Below are positions 1-10,765 of a stretch of DNA of 64,000 nucleotides, one piece after another. Numbering within the stretch: the stretch's first letter is position 1; every line of letters begins with the position of its first letter. The translations under genes were made by a program, and so were the position numbers. The DNA comes from an uncultured Alphaproteobacteria bacterium (GTDB lineage: Bacteria; Pseudomonadota; Alphaproteobacteria; Rhizobiales; Kaistiaceae): positions 84,298 through 148,297 of the forward strand of contig CAVUOD010000010.1 in the NCBI GenBank assembly GCA_963743015.1, read 5' to 3'. The notes beneath the pieces were generated by a model. That model saw only the letters and a program-made list of their open reading frames with translations. It was not told where the DNA came from and did not search any database.

Positions 1-402
1 ATGCGGCTCGGCAACGAGCGCGACCAGGCACTGGTGCGCTCCGCGGTCTCCGATGCCGCCGCCAACCTGCTGGCCTTCGTGCCGTCTCTGGGCACGCGCG
101 AGGTGATCGCCTTCGGCGAAGGCGTGCCGCTGCCCACCCGCCTCGTCCTCAACGAACTGCCGGTCGAGCGCATCCCCAAGGCGGAGGCCGTCGCCAACCT
201 GGCCACCGATTCGACCAGCATCTCCGACGACGCCTTCATCGATGCGGTGATCGAGAAATGGCGCGGTTCGTCAATGACGGCCGGGCTCAAGAACGATCAG
301 CCGGAGAGGGAGAGGGATTCCGTCGCCGAACGGCTGGGCGCCCTGCATTCGGCCTTCGCCAAGGACCCGGTGCGTCCGTCGGTGCTCAAGCGTCCCGGCT
401 AA
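1..402 (+). CDS. C-terminal fragment of a HerA/DUF87-like ATPase (5' end lies outside the window)
   Basis: ORF is open from the window edge. The tail motif LGTREVIAFGEGVPLPTRL resembles the C-terminus of HerA/DUF87 ATPases. Assignment is from recall only. Confidence 0.4.
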   Translation: MRLGNERDQALVRSAVSDAAANLLAFVPSLGTREVIAFGEGVPLPTRLVLNELPVERIPKAEAVANLATDSTSISDDAFIDAVIEKWRGSSMTAGLKNDQPERERDSVAERLGALHSAFAKDPVRPSVLKRPG

Positions 403-436
403 GGCCAATTCAGGGTCACCGCTGCGGAGACATGCG

Positions 437-475
437 GTCATCCTCCGGTCTTCGCTTCGCTCGCCGGAGGATGAC
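437..475. repeat. REP-like hairpin (GTCATCCTCCGG-N15-CCGGAGGATGAC) between convergent genes
   Basis: Perfect 12-bp inverted repeat read directly, at 437-448 and 464-475. The same GGAGGATGAC family recurs at 7086-7190. Confidence 0.7.
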
Positions 476-490
476 GGCTATCGATTTGCC

Positions 491-1423
491 CTAGTCGAAC
501 AGGCTCGAAACCGACTTCTCGCTCGCCGTGCGGGCGATCGCCTCGCCGATCAGCGTCGAGATCGAGGTGACGCGGATATTGGGGGCGGCGGTGACCGCCT
601 CTGTCGCCTGGATCGAATTGGTGATGACCAGCTGCTCGATGCGCGATGCGGTGACGCGCGCCACCGCCCCGCCCGAGAGCACGCCGTGGGTGATGTAGGC
701 GAGCACGGAAGCCGCGCCGGCGTCGATCAGCGCTTCCGCCGCGTTGACCAGCGTGCCGCCGGAATCGACGATGTCGTCGAACAGGATGCAGCGACGGTCG
801 GAGACGTCGCCGATGATGTTCATCACCTCGGCCTCGCCGGGGCGCTCGCGGCGCTTGTCGACGATGGCCAGCGGCGCGTCGATGCGCTTGGCGAGCGCGC
901 GGGCGCGCACCACGCCGCCGACGTCGGGCGACACCACCATGACGTTGCGCACGTCGTGGTGGGCGCGGATGTCGCGCGACATCACGGGAACCGAGAACAG
1001 GTTGTCGGTGGGGATGTCGAAGAAGCCCTGAATCTGGCCGGCATGCAGGTCGAGCGTCATCACCCGGTGAGCGCCGGCCTCGGTGATCAGATTGGCGACC
1101 AGCTTGGCCGAGATCGGCGTGCGGCCGGCGGAGCGGCGATCCTGCCGGGCGTAGCCGAAATAGGGCAGCACCGCGGTGATGCGACGCGCCGAGGAGCGGC
1201 GCAGCGCATCGCAGATGATCAGCAGCTCCATCAGATTGTCGTTGGCCGGGTAGCTCGTCGACTGGATGATGAAGACGTCCTCGCCACGGACGTTTTCCTG
1301 GATCTCGACGAAGATCTCCTGATCGGCGAAGCGCCTGACCAGGCATTTGGCGAGCGGAATCTCCAGATAGGTGGAGATCGCTTCCGCGAGCGGGCGGTTG
1401 GAGTTACCGGCGACGAGTTTCAT
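491..1423 (-). CDS. prs: ribose-phosphate pyrophosphokinase
   Basis: 310-aa ORF. N-terminus [17 protein letters not shown]..., the PRPP-binding DDIVDSGGT loop and [10 protein letters not shown] are all typical of Prs. Confidence 0.95.
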   Translation of the reverse strand: MKLVAGNSNRPLAEAISTYLEIPLAKCLVRRFADQEIFVEIQENVRGEDVFIIQSTSYPANDNLMELLIICDALRRSSARRITAVLPYFGYARQDRRSAGRTPISAKLVANLITEAGAHRVMTLDLHAGQIQGFFDIPTDNLFSVPVMSRDIRAHHDVRNVMVVSPDVGGVVRARALAKRIDAPLAIVDKRRERPGEAEVMNIIGDVSDRRCILFDDIVDSGGTLVNAAEALIDAGAASVLAYITHGVLSGGAVARVTASRIEQLVITNSIQATEAVTAAPNIRVTSISTLIGEAIARTASEKSVSSLFD

Positions 1424-1542
1424 GATGCCAGCGTCCCGATGGGGCGTCGCCCCGCCGAATCCGGCAAGACGACAATTGCATGACGCCGCGGCCTTGTAGC
1501 AATGCCGGGCGGGGCGGGCAATGCCCGTTTCGGCGTGTCCGA

Positions 1543-2271
1543 TCAGCGCGGCCGGCGCCCCATGATCGCGCGGGCTGCGGCGACGATTTCGGCGTTGTCG
1601 CGCGCCGTCCGGCCGTCGGGCAGGGTGCTGCCGTCCTCCAGGCCGACGCGGGTTGAATAACGCCCCGCCGCGGCGCGTTCGACGAAGGACCAGACCGTTC
1701 CGTCGAAACCGTGGATCAGCACCGGCTTGGCAATGCCGGCATCGCCGAGCCGCGCCAGCATGGCGTCGGCCAGCGCATGGGCGGCGGTGCGGTCGGTGAT
1801 CGCGATCTCGATCAGGATGCGCAGGCTCGCACTGGCCAGACCGAGCGCAATCAGTCGTTGCGTGTCGGCCATGTCGGCCAGGCCGGCCTCGACCGCGATG
1901 CCGCGACGGGCAAGGCGCTGATAGACGGCCGGCGCGTCCTGTTCGCCGAGATTGACCGAAGCGTAGTCGGGCAGCACATGCCAGCCGTCGATACAGGCAA
2001 GCCGGCGGGTGTCGTCGCCCTCGATCCAGTCGCCGGTGGAGATGCCGATCAGCGTGCCAGGCAGGCGCCGGCGCAGCGCGCGCATGGTTTCGTCCATGAC
2101 CGCCGGCGCCAGGGTTTCGGCGCCGTCGTCGCCGCGCATATGGATGTGGAGTTCGTCGGCGCCGGCGTCGACCGCGTCTACCGAGTTCGCGATGATTTTC
2201 TCCGGGGTCGTCGGCAGGTGCGGGTGGAAGCCTGCAGGGCGGGCCCCGTTCAGACAGGCCTGGACGATCAC
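1543..2271 (-). CDS. 3-keto-5-aminohexanoate cleavage enzyme family protein (BKACE/DUF849)
   Basis: [11 protein letters not shown]...[11 protein letters not shown] motifs. I chose the GTG start at 2271, which makes a GTGA overlap with the pgeF stop. The alternative ATG at 2373 would overlap pgeF by about 100 nt. Confidence 0.7.
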   Translation of the reverse strand: MIVQACLNGARPAGFHPHLPTTPEKIIANSVDAVDAGADELHIHMRGDDGAETLAPAVMDETMRALRRRLPGTLIGISTGDWIEGDDTRRLACIDGWHVLPDYASVNLGEQDAPAVYQRLARRGIAVEAGLADMADTQRLIALGLASASLRILIEIAITDRTAAHALADAMLARLGDAGIAKPVLIHGFDGTVWSFVERAAAGRYSTRVGLEDGSTLPDGRTARDNAEIVAAARAIMGRRPR

Positions 2272-3041
2272 GGCGTCAGCACGATCGCCGAAAGCAGCCG
2301 GCCGTAGTCCGGCTCGCCGAGATGGGTCGCCCGCCGGTAGGAATAGAAGCGCTCCGGCTCGGCATAGGTGCACAGATCCATATTGGCTGCCGCCACCCCG
2401 GCTGCCGTGAGCCGGTTCACGGTGTAGCCGGGCAGGTCGAACAGCGCGTGGCTTGCGCGCGGCGAGGGCACGAAGAAGCGGGCATTGGCCGGGTCGGCTT
2501 CGGTGAACCGGGCGACAAGCTCGGGTCCGACTTCGTAGTTCGCCTGCGAAATCGAAGGCCCCAGCACCGCGACGATGCGCTGGCGGCGGGCGCCCAGGGT
2601 CTCCATGGCGGCGATGGCCGCCTCGGCAACGCCGGCCAGTGCCCCCCGCCAGCCGGCATGGGCCGCACCGATCACCCTGGCCGATGCGTCGGCGAAGAGG
2701 ATCGGGCCGCAGTCGGCGGTGCCGATGCCGAGCGCCAGGCCGGGGCGATCGGTGACCACGGCGTCCGCCTTCGGCCCCTTGCCCGGCTCCCAGGCCGTCT
2801 CGACGATCACCGCATCGGTGCCGTGGACCTGATAGGGGGTCGCCAGCCGGTTGGCGTCGACGCCCAATGCGGCCGAGACGCGGGCGCGGTTCTCCAGCAC
2901 AGCCAAGCGCGCGTCCCGCGAGCCGGTGCCGCAGTTGAGGCTGGCATAAACGCCGGTGGAGACACCGCCGGCGCGCGTGAAGAAGCCGTGGGCGATGCCG
3001 GGGAGGGCAGCGAGGCGTGCGTCGGTCAGGTGGGGGACCAT
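2268..3041 (-). CDS. pgeF: peptidoglycan editing factor PgeF / YfiH-family laccase-domain protein
   Basis: The last 257 aa of the 541-aa track ORF carry [30 protein letters not shown] and CTY...FYSYRR motifs. ATG at 3041. Confidence 0.9.
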   Translation of the reverse strand: MVPHLTDARLAALPGIAHGFFTRAGGVSTGVYASLNCGTGSRDARLAVLENRARVSAALGVDANRLATPYQVHGTDAVIVETAWEPGKGPKADAVVTDRPGLALGIGTADCGPILFADASARVIGAAHAGWRGALAGVAEAAIAAMETLGARRQRIVAVLGPSISQANYEVGPELVARFTEADPANARFFVPSPRASHALFDLPGYTVNRLTAAGVAAANMDLCTYAEPERFYSYRRATHLGEPDYGRLLSAIVLTP

Positions 3042-3320
3042 TGCGGCGAATGTCGCCGCGGTGCCCGCGACTGTCAACGGCAACGCGGCGACGGATGGTG
3101 TGTTCGACCGGTGGCGCGATTTCGTCCGGGACGTGTGACGACGCAATCGCGGCTCTGTACGTATTCGATCGCCGCCGTCATAATCGAGCCTTGATGGGCA
3201 AGTACAATTATGGCGTTTTCTAGAATTGTGACAAGTATAAAGTCGGTGTTTTCTGCGCAGTCGCATGACACCACTTCGGTCTTCGCGACCGGGCGGTGCG
3301 AGAAAGAGGAGGATCTCAGC

Positions 3321-3851
3321 ATGCGTACGCCAGTGAAATTCCTGATTTTGCTGGTCGCATTGACGGGCTTCGCCGGGATGGCAAATGCGGCACCCTACGA
3401 GCCCAATATCGATCGGACCGGCGGTGACTACACCAATGTGACCCTGCCCCCCGGGTCTGGTGCCCCGGCGTGCCGTTCGCTGTGCAATGCGGACGGCAAC
3501 TGCAAGGCGTGGACCTACGTCAAGGCCGGTGTCCAGGCGGCGAACCCGCGCTGCTGGTTGAAGAATGTCGTGCCACCGCCGCACGTCAGCAACTGCTGCA
3601 CGTCGGGCACGAAACTCGTTTCTTCGCCCATGGAACACAATGTCGACCGGACCGGTGGCGACTACACCAACGTGACCTTGCCCGCCGGGGCCAATGCCCA
3701 GGCGTGCCGGTCTCTGTGCAATGCTGACGGCAATTGCCGGGCGTGGACCTATGTCAAGGCCGGCGTCCAGGCGGCGAACCCACGCTGCTGGCTGAAGAAC
3801 ATGGTTCCGCCGCCGCACGCCAACAATTGCTGCACCTCGGGCGTCAAGTGA
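3321..3851 (+). CDS. secreted protein with two tandem PAN/Apple-like Cys-rich domains
   Basis: AGGAGG sits 8 nt upstream of the ATG at 3321. Signal peptide MRTPVKFLILLVALTGFAGMANA. Two units of about 78 aa (DRTGGDYTNVTLP...CRSLCNADGNC.AWTYVKAGVQAANPRCWLKN...CCTSG) are nearly identical. Confidence 0.75.
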   Translation: MRTPVKFLILLVALTGFAGMANAAPYEPNIDRTGGDYTNVTLPPGSGAPACRSLCNADGNCKAWTYVKAGVQAANPRCWLKNVVPPPHVSNCCTSGTKLVSSPMEHNVDRTGGDYTNVTLPAGANAQACRSLCNADGNCRAWTYVKAGVQAANPRCWLKNMVPPPHANNCCTSGVK

Positions 3852-3889
3852 AGGAACGGTCGGTGCAATAGGCCGCGGCCCTGCGGCGC

Positions 3890-4964
3890 TCATCCGATCT
3901 TGTCGAAGACCGGCAGCTTGAGGCCGGGCGAGGCGATGGCGAGCACCTTGAACAGCTTGCCCATCGCCTTCGGTCCGGCCAGCCGCTCGATGGCGCTGGC
4001 GATCCGGTCGCGCGTCTTGGTGTCCTTGTCGCGGCCGAGCACCTGCGCGCGCTCGACCAGACCGAGGCGCACCAGGAACTCGCCCTGTCCGATCACCGGA
4101 CGCGGTGCGACGCCGGCTTCGGCCGCGGTACGGGCAAGGGCCGAGAAATCGACGTGACAGGTGACGTCGGCTTCGCCGGGCATGGCGAAGGGGCTCTCGT
4201 ATTTGTGCTGGCGCACCGCCTGCAGCGTATCGCCGATGCCGGGCTTTTCGCTGCCGTAGTCGATGATCAGCGCCGCCCCGTGGTCGCGGGCGAGGCGCTC
4301 GCCGATCAGCGTCATCACCGCCTTGCCGGTCGGCGAGGCTTCGACCACGGCACCCTCGGGCAGGACGACCTCCGCCGGCCGCTGGGACACCGGCGACAGG
4401 CCGAAGGTGAAGGCGTCGTCTTCACCGAGGCCGATGACGCGCTCCGCCCAGATGCCGCCCTGCCACTGGAACTGGCGCACCGGCATGGCGTCGAAGAACT
4501 CGTTGGCGACGAAGATGGTGGGGGCGTGCGGAATGTCGTCGATGCGGGCGTGCCAATGGACGGCGTGGCCGGAGGGCGCCAGCGTCGCCTGCTGGACCTG
4601 TTTCAGCTGCGGGCTCATCTCGACCAGATGAACGCTGGCCGCCTTGAGGAAGGAGGGCTTGACCGCGCCCGGTGCGCAGCATGTCGGCCATCAGCGTGCC
4701 GCGGCCGGGGCCGAGCTCGGCCAGAACGAAGGGGTCGGGCGAACCCAGCATCTCCCACACGCCGATCGTCCACAGGCCGATCAGCTCGCCGAAGATCTGG
4801 CTGATCTCGGGCGCGGTGATGAAGTCGCCGGCGCGGCCGAAGGGGTCGCTCTGCATGTAGTAGCCGTGCTCGGGGTCGGCGAGGCAGGCCGCCATGAAAT
4901 CGGCGACCGTGATCGGCCCGCTGGCGCGGATCTGCGCCTTGAGCTTCTCGGCGAGCGGCGTCAT
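3890..4964 (-). pseudogene. MidA/NDUFAF7-family (DUF185) SAM-dependent methyltransferase, frame broken near 4661-4672
   Basis: The N-terminal part (4422-4964 ORF) reads ...GPGRGTLMADMLRTG. It continues as AVKPSFLKAASVHLVEMSPQLK... in the 3890-4618 frame. One extra base explains the break. An ATGA overlap joins it to the lgt stop. Confidence 0.8.
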
Positions 4965-5816
4965 GCCTTTTCCACCGCGCCTGGCGTGTGCGTCTGGCGG
5001 CGCGCCACGACGATCATCGTGATGACGCCGACGATGATCATCGGCACCGACAGGAGCATGCCCATGGTCAGCCCGCCGGCGAGATAGCCGATCTGGATGT
5101 CGGGCTGGCGGAAGAACTCGGCGAATGTGCGCGCCACGCCATAGCCGGCGACGAAGGCGCCGGCGACGAAGCCGGGCGTCGCCAGCTTGTGGAAACGGTG
5201 GGTCAGCAGGCGCAGCACGAGGAAGAGCACGATGCCTTCCAGGGCCGCCTCGTAGAGCTGGCTGGGATGGCGCGGAATCACGCCGCCGTCAGGTGCGGTG
5301 GGAAAGTATACCGCCCAGGGCAGGTCCGCCGGCCGGCCCCACAATTCGCCGTTCACGAAATTGGCGAGCCGCCCGAAGAACAGGCCGAAGGTCACCGACG
5401 GGGCGATGACGTCGAACAGCGACCACAGCGAAAAGCCGCGCGAGCGGGCGAACAGGATCATCGCCAGCGTGGTGCCGAGGAAGCCGCCGTGGAAGGACAT
5501 GCCGCCGTGCCAGACCTCGAGGATCTGCCAGGGATTGGCGATGTAGACCGGCAGATCGTAGAACAGCACGTAGCCGATGCGTCCGCCGGCGATGATGCCG
5601 ATCGCCGCCCAGACGACGAAATCGTCGATGTCGGCCGGCTTCATCGGCGGTCCGGCCGGGCCCCACAGGCGCTGGATTGGCGACCAGCCGCTTGGCATAC
5701 CACCAGCCGATGAAGATGCCGGCGATATAGGCCAGCGCATACCAGCGGACGGCGAAGGGGCCGATCTGGATGAGCACCGGATCGAAGGCGGGGAAGGGCA
5801 GGGCAAGAAGCGGCAT
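4961..5816 (-). pseudogene. lgt: prolipoprotein diacylglyceryl transferase, frame broken near 5668-5680
   Basis: N-terminus [48 protein letters not shown] joins [18 protein letters not shown]...HGGMSFHGG...HPSQLYEA in the other frame. The junction is consistent with one extra base. Confidence 0.85.
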
Positions 5817-5956
5817 CGGCAATCCCGGATTCGCGCGCAAACTGCGCTGCGACAAGGGCCGGGTCAAGGCAGGCGGGCGGGACAGGCGCCTTGCGGGCGC
5901 CCGCGGCCACGCCCATAGTATAGAGGCGTGCTGCCCGACGAGAGAGCGACCTTGAG

Positions 5957-6295
5957 ATGACCCAGACCTCCAACCGCATGTTCGACGAGATGGCGCGGCT
6001 CATGGGGGACGCGGCGAGCGTCGCCCAGGGCGTGCGGCGCGAGGCGGAAACGGTGTTCCGCAGCCAGATGGAGCGCTTCGTCAACGATCTCGACCTGGTC
6101 AAGCGCGAGGAATTCGACGTGGTGCGCGAGCTGGCCTCGAAGACGGCGGCGGAAAACGAGAAGCTGAAGAAGCGCATCGCCGAGCTGGAAGCCAAGATCG
6201 GCGGCGAGGCTGGCCGAGCCGCAGCGAAGAAACCCCGCCGGGCCGTCGGCCAAATCCGCCGAGGAATAGGCCGTCCACAGAAGTCATACGGCTGA
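5957..6295 (+). CDS. ubiK: accessory factor UbiK / BMFP family coiled-coil protein
   Basis: 112 aa. [24 protein letters not shown]...LVKREEFD...[13 protein letters not shown] is typical of the UbiK/YqiC family. Confidence 0.75.
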   Translation: MTQTSNRMFDEMARLMGDAASVAQGVRREAETVFRSQMERFVNDLDLVKREEFDVVRELASKTAAENEKLKKRIAELEAKIGGEAGRAAAKKPRRAVGQIRRGIGRPQKSYG

Positions 6296-6326
6296 CATCT
6301 CAACGATTCACGTTGTCCACAAGCAA

Positions 6327-6356
6327 TTGTGGTGCGTGAGAGTCAGGGGCCTATAT
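6327..6356 (+). promoter_or_regulatory. candidate sigma70-type promoter (TTGTGG-N18-CTATAT), with a CCACAA-GCAA-TTGTGG palindrome overlapping the -35
   Basis: Read directly. CTATAT matches the alphaproteobacterial -10 consensus. It lies about 100 nt upstream of the YbjN-like gene. Confidence 0.3.
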
Positions 6357-6453
6357 ACTGATTCTCAACAGAGATTCGCGCGCGCGCCGTCATCCGGGCG
6401 CCGCAATCCCGGTCGCGTAGTCAGGCAATCCTTCCAGCCGCAAGGTTGAATCC

Positions 6454-6954
6454 ATGAGCCTCATCGACATCGAACAGGAACGCCTCTCGAACCCGGTCGA
6501 CGTGATCGAGCAGATCGCGGCGCTCAACGACTGGGCTTTCGAGCGCTCCGGCGATGACGAGTTGACCATCGCCGTCGGCGGTCACTGGTGCGACTACCAC
6601 ATCTCGTTCTCCTGGATGGAGGAGCGCGAGGCGGTGCATCTGGCCTGCTCCTTCGACCTGAAAGTGCCGGAGGCGCGCAAGATCGAGGTCATGCGCCTGC
6701 TGTCGGCGGTCAACGAGCAGATGTGGATCGGCCATTTCGACCTGTGGAGCCAGGAAGGCGTGATCATGTTCCGCCAGGCGCTGCTGCTCTCCGGCGGTGC
6801 CGATCCCAACAACGCCCAGGTCGAGCGCCTGCTGGTCACCGCAATCGAGGCCTGCGAGCGCTACTACCAGGCGTTCCAGTTCGTGGTGTGGGCCGGCAAG
6901 TCGGCGGCCGAAGCGCTGGAGACGGTGCTCTTCGAGACCGCCGGCGAGGCGTAG
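6454..6954 (+). CDS. YbjN domain-containing protein
   Basis: 166 aa. Acidic, chaperone-like sequence pattern (NPVDVIEQIAALNDWAFERSGDDELTIAV...) typical of the YbjN family. Confidence 0.7.
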   Translation: MSLIDIEQERLSNPVDVIEQIAALNDWAFERSGDDELTIAVGGHWCDYHISFSWMEEREAVHLACSFDLKVPEARKIEVMRLLSAVNEQMWIGHFDLWSQEGVIMFRQALLLSGGADPNNAQVERLLVTAIEACERYYQAFQFVVWAGKSAAEALETVLFETAGEA

Positions 6955-7085
6955 AGGCATCGTCTGCGTGTCGTCCCCACGAAAGTGGGGCCCAGTAATC
7001 ACCGAATCTGAGCGTGATCGCTGCGTGCCCGGTCGGGGCCGGGCATGGCAGAGGCTGTTGTTGCGGTAGTGCCTTTCCTTTTTCT

Positions 7086-7190
7086 GTCATCCTCCGGCGA
7101 GGCGTAGCCGAGGCAGGAGGATCGCGCCCCGCATAAGCGGCGCACACCGTTCTTGCCGCATGCCGATCCTCCGCTTGCGCGGAGGATGAC
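7086..7190. repeat. two REP-like hairpins of the GGAGGATGAC family
   Basis: GTCATCCTCC...GGAGGAT at 7086-7132, and ATCCTCCGC-TTGC-GCGGAGGAT at 7166-7187. Same family as the 437-475 hairpin. Confidence 0.6.
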
Positions 7191-7293
7191 GGGTGGGAAT
7201 GAAGTCGTCGTACGCCCACTATTCGGGGCTTGTCTTGCAGCGTTCGTGGCGACTAGGGTCGCGCCTTCGCGCGAACCACGGTCACGGCGCCTC

Positions 7294-8129
7294 ATGTCTC
7301 TCTCCTCCGCCTTCTCCCCGAAATCCCCGCTGGTGCTGGTCGGTGCCGGCAAGATGGGTGCGGCCATGCTGAAGGGCTGGCTCGACGGCGGCCTCGACCG
7401 CAAGGCGGTGGTGGTGATCGATCCGGCGCCGCCGCCGGACAGCGCCGCCTTTCTCGCTGCCGCCGGCATCCGCGAGCGGCCGAGGCCGCCCGCCGGCATC
7501 AAGGCCAGGGTGATCGTCGTGGCGGTCAAGCCGCAGATCATCGGCGACGTCCTGCCGGGCCTCAGCGGTCTGGTCGGACGCGGCACGCGTGACGCTGTCG
7601 ATCGCCGCCGGCACGACGCTGGCCAATCTCGCCGCTGGCATCGGCGAGGGCGCCATCGTGCGCTCCATCCCCAACACGCCGGCGCAGGTCGGCCGCGGCA
7701 TCACCGCGGCGATCGCCAATGGTCGCGTGTCCAGGGCGGGCAGGGGGCTTGTCACCCGCCTGCTGGAAGCGGTCGGCGAGGTCGTCTGGGTCGACAAGGA
7801 AGGTCTCATCAATTCGGTCACCGCGGTTTCCGGTTCCGGTCCGGCCTATGTGTTCTGGATGGTCGAATGTCTGGCCGAGGCGGCGCTCGCCGCCGGGCTC
7901 GACGCGGACAGCGCGGCACGGCTTGCCCGCGCCACGATCACCGGTGCCGGCGAGCTGCTCTACCGGTCCGACCTGCCGGCGGGTGAATTGCGCCGGAACG
8001 TCACCTCGCCCAAGGGCACGCACGGAAGCCGCGCTCAAGGTGCTGATGGCGAAGAAAGACGGCCTGGCGCCGCTGATGAAGAAGGCGGTGGCGGCGGCGA
8101 AAAAGCGCTCGCGGGAGCTTTCCGGCTAA
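7294..8129 (+). pseudogene. proC: pyrroline-5-carboxylate reductase, two frame breaks (near 7572-7585 and near 8021)
   Basis: The protein is spread over three frames: LVLVGAGKMGAAMLKGW...VKPQIIGDVLPGLSGLV, then TLSIAAGTTLANL...NTPAQVGRGITA...SGSGPAYVFWMVE...NVTSPKGT, then TEAALKVLM.... The second break is ACG-C-ACG, one extra C. Confidence 0.85.
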
Positions 8130-8195
8130 GAAGCCTCGCCGTGGCCACGTTCCCGTCCTACATTGTCAAGGACAAGACCATCAAAAGGTGATGCC

Positions 8196-8897
8196 ATGGC
8201 AACCCGACCGAGACGCAAGCAGGCCGCCGGGCGCGGCACCCGCAGCGGCGGCAGCCGGAGCGCAAACGCGGCGAAGCCCGAACCGCGCGAGCGCATCATC
8301 GATGCCTTCATGACGCTTGTCGGCGAGCGCGGCCTGGTGGGGACCGGCCTTGCCGACATTGCCGCGGCCGCCGACGTCTCGCTCGCCGAGCTGCGCGCCG
8401 AATTTCCCGGCAAGCTCGCCATCCTCGCCGCGTTCTCCAAGCGCATCGACGAGGCGGTGCTGGCGCAGGGCCCGGCGGAAGGCGAGGGGGCCAAGGACCG
8501 CCTCTTCGACGTCCTCATGCGCCGCCTCGATGCTCTGGCACCCTACAAGCCGGCGCTGAAGAAGATGGCAAGGACGGCAAGGCGCAGCCCGGGCTTCGCC
8601 GCGGTGCTCTATGGCCTGGCCGGCCGCTCGCAGAGATGGATGCACGCTGCCGCGGGCATTGACCGTGGCGGTGTGCCCGGCGCCATTGCGCGGCGCGGCG
8701 GCGTCCTGGTCTTCGCCGAAACGTTGCGCGTCTGGCTCGACGACGACGATCCGGACCTGGCCAAGACGATGAAGACGCTCGACCGCGGGCTTGGTCGCGG
8801 CGACCGCGCCATGCGCCTGGTGAACGATGTGTGCGGCGTGGTCTGCCGCGTGGCCGGCGCAGCGCGGGGAGCGGCGGAGCAGCGTGCCGCCGGATAG
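8196..8897 (+). CDS. TetR/AcrR family transcriptional regulator
   Basis: HTH region RERIIDAFMTLVGERGLVGTGLADIAAAADVSLAELRAEF. ATG at 8196 follows an AAAAGG Shine-Dalgarno. Confidence 0.8.
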   Translation: MATRPRRKQAAGRGTRSGGSRSANAAKPEPRERIIDAFMTLVGERGLVGTGLADIAAAADVSLAELRAEFPGKLAILAAFSKRIDEAVLAQGPAEGEGAKDRLFDVLMRRLDALAPYKPALKKMARTARRSPGFAAVLYGLAGRSQRWMHAAAGIDRGGVPGAIARRGGVLVFAETLRVWLDDDDPDLAKTMKTLDRGLGRGDRAMRLVNDVCGVVCRVAGAARGAAEQRAAG

Positions 8898-9519
8898 GCC
8901 GGTGGACGGCAATTCCACCGGCATCCAGTCGCGCGTCCCGCCGGGTACGGCGGCGATCATCACGATCTGCGTCTTCATCGCCGCCGTTCAGGAGCTGCAT
9001 CCGGAATGGGTGGGGCTGGCCGAGCGCGATCCGATGGGCATCGCCGCCGGCGAGTGGTGGCGCGTCGTCACCGCGCTCTTCGCCTTCGACGACGGCCCGG
9101 TGCAGAAGCTCGGAACCGTCTTTGCGGTTCTGGCGCTGGGCATCATCGCCGAGCGCAAGATCGGCACCGTCGAGTGGCTGGTCATCGCCTTCGTCTCCGG
9201 ACTTGCCGGTGAGATCGTCGGCCTGTGGTGGCAGCCGGTGGGCGCCAGTTCTTCCGTTGCCGTTGCCGGCCTGCTCGGTGCGACGGCCGTCTGGCTGGCG
9301 TGGCCGAACAAACGTCCCGATGGCGCGCAGGTCGCGCATGTGCCCGGGCCACTCGCCCGCTTCGGCGTGAGCGGAAAGATGCTTCTCTGGCTGGCGCGCA
9401 TCGGCTGGCTGGCCGTCGCGGCACTGGCCATCTATCTGCTCGTCATGCGCGACATCCACGGCCTGGCGATCGTCGCCGGCGCCGCGCTCGCCTTTCTTTT
9501 CCTGCGCCGTTCCGGTTGA
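8884..9519 (+). CDS. rhomboid-family intramembrane serine protease
   Basis: Multi-pass membrane protein with GASSSVAVAGLLG (GxSxxxxG) and a later IHGLAIVAG His motif. The GTG at 8884 overlapping the TetR stop is preferred; the track ATG is at 8827. Confidence 0.6.
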   Translation: MPPDRPVDGNSTGIQSRVPPGTAAIITICVFIAAVQELHPEWVGLAERDPMGIAAGEWWRVVTALFAFDDGPVQKLGTVFAVLALGIIAERKIGTVEWLVIAFVSGLAGEIVGLWWQPVGASSSVAVAGLLGATAVWLAWPNKRPDGAQVAHVPGPLARFGVSGKMLLWLARIGWLAVAALAIYLLVMRDIHGLAIVAGAALAFLFLRRSG

Positions 9520-9574
9520 GGCGTCGCAGCTCGCGTGCTAACCGCCCGCGGTCCAAGAGCGAAAAGGGCGAGAC

Positions 9575-9925
9575 ATGAGCGAGCCGGCGGCAGAGATCAC
9601 ATTCGACGATTTCCTGAAGGTCGACATCCGCGTCGGCACGGTGGTCGAGGCGAGCCCGTTCCCCGAGGCGCGCAAGCCGGCGATCAAGCTGGTGATCGAT
9701 TTCGGTCCGGAGATCGGGCGTCGGAAATCCTCGGCGCAGATCACGCGGCACTACACACCGGAGATGCTCGTCGGTTCCCAGGTCGCGGCGGTGGTCAACT
9801 TTCCGCCGCGCCAGATCGGCAAGTTCATGTCGGAGGTGCTCACCCTCGGCTTCCCCGACGGCGACGGCGAGGTGGTGCTGATCGAACCGAGCCTGCCTGT
9901 GCCCAACGGCGGACGGATGTTCTGA
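9575..9925 (+). CDS. csaA: tRNA-binding protein (CsaA/YgjH type OB fold)
   Basis: 116 aa. [17 protein letters not shown]...[11 protein letters not shown]...SSAQIT...[13 protein letters not shown] is typical. Confidence 0.85.
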   Translation: MSEPAAEITFDDFLKVDIRVGTVVEASPFPEARKPAIKLVIDFGPEIGRRKSSAQITRHYTPEMLVGSQVAAVVNFPPRQIGKFMSEVLTLGFPDGDGEVVLIEPSLPVPNGGRMF

Positions 9926-9949
9926 GGATCAGAATTCGGTAGGACAGCG

Positions 9950-10765
9950 ATGGCCGGCATGCCCGCGAAAAACACGGAAATGGTCGATGGCGTGCCGGTG
10001 CTGTGGTGGGCGCCTGACGCACCTGCCGCAATCCTCATCCACGTTCCGGCGTTCAGCCAGACGAAGGAACAAACCCAACCGGTTCTGGATCGCGCCCTTT
10101 CGCTCGGATTTGCGGCGATTGCAATCGACGCCTATCAGCACGGGGCGCGCGGAACAGAAGACCGCGACGCGCTCACGCGCCGGGTGTTCGCCAATTTTCG
10201 TCGCGAGATGTGGACGATCATCGGCGAAACTGCTCTCGATGTGCCACGGATCGCCGAGTGGGCGCGGGCGAAGTTCGGCGCGAAGCTGCCGGTGCATCTG
10301 ACGGGCCTGTCGATGGGCGGCGATGTCGCCGTCGCCGCTGCGCCGCTCATCGACAATGTCGCCAGCGTGAATGCCGTGGTGGCGACCCCGGACTGGCAGC
10401 GTCCCGGCATGCGCGACATTGCCAGTGGAGAACTCGTGCCACAGGGAACACCGGATGCGAAAGCGCGCCTGTTCTTCGACCGGCTGAATCCGATCGACCA
10501 TCCCGGGCCGTTCCGCAGGCTCCGCGTCCATTTCATCCTCGGCGAACTGGACACGCATGTGCCGCCCGAGGCTGCCCGTCGTTTTCAGGGCATCGTCAAT
10601 GACGGACAGGAACCGGGCCCTGTCAGGATCACCGAGAAGGCAGGTCTCAGGCACCTCGATTTCATAGCGCCGAGTCTGGATCGACGATTTCGATTTCGGC
10701 GCGGGCGGATCGCGCTAGACCGGGATCGTTTCCGTCAGCCCCAGGCCGCCGGGCGGATCGTCTGA
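9950..10765 (+). CDS. alpha/beta hydrolase
   Basis: GLSMGG nucleophile elbow, plus downstream Asp and His positions (ELDTHVP, LRHLDF). Confidence 0.65.
   Translation: MAGMPAKNTEMVDGVPVLWWAPDAPAAILIHVPAFSQTKEQTQPVLDRALSLGFAAIAIDAYQHGARGTEDRDALTRRVFANFRREMWTIIGETALDVPRIAEWARAKFGAKLPVHLTGLSMGGDVAVAAAPLIDNVASVNAVVATPDWQRPGMRDIASGELVPQGTPDAKARLFFDRLNPIDHPGPFRRLRVHFILGELDTHVPPEAARRFQGIVNDGQEPGPVRITEKAGLRHLDFIAPSLDRRFRFRRGRIALDRDRFRQPQAAGRIV

Noticed and set aside
438-1346. Long ORFs antisense to or overlapping real genes. Examples are 438-1346, 686-1483, 8181-8978, 12170-13597, 14875-16023, 15921-17291, 17682-18734, 19250-20521, 20733-22022, 30384-32087, 33733-34968, 34254-35279, 35666-37588, 38034-39518, 45116-46654, 45214-46698, 47492-48802, 53317-54681, 54678-55706, 56990-58087 and 57343-59064.
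   Set aside because: Their translations are Arg/Ala/Gly/Pro-rich low-information sequences, typical of the non-coding frames of about 68% GC DNA. Each overlaps a gene on the other strand or frame that has clear family motifs.
2268-3893. 541-aa ORF spanning pgeF and the region antisense to the PAN-domain gene.
   Set aside because: Only the C-terminal 257 aa show YfiH/PgeF motifs. The upstream part is antisense to a well-supported secreted-protein gene.
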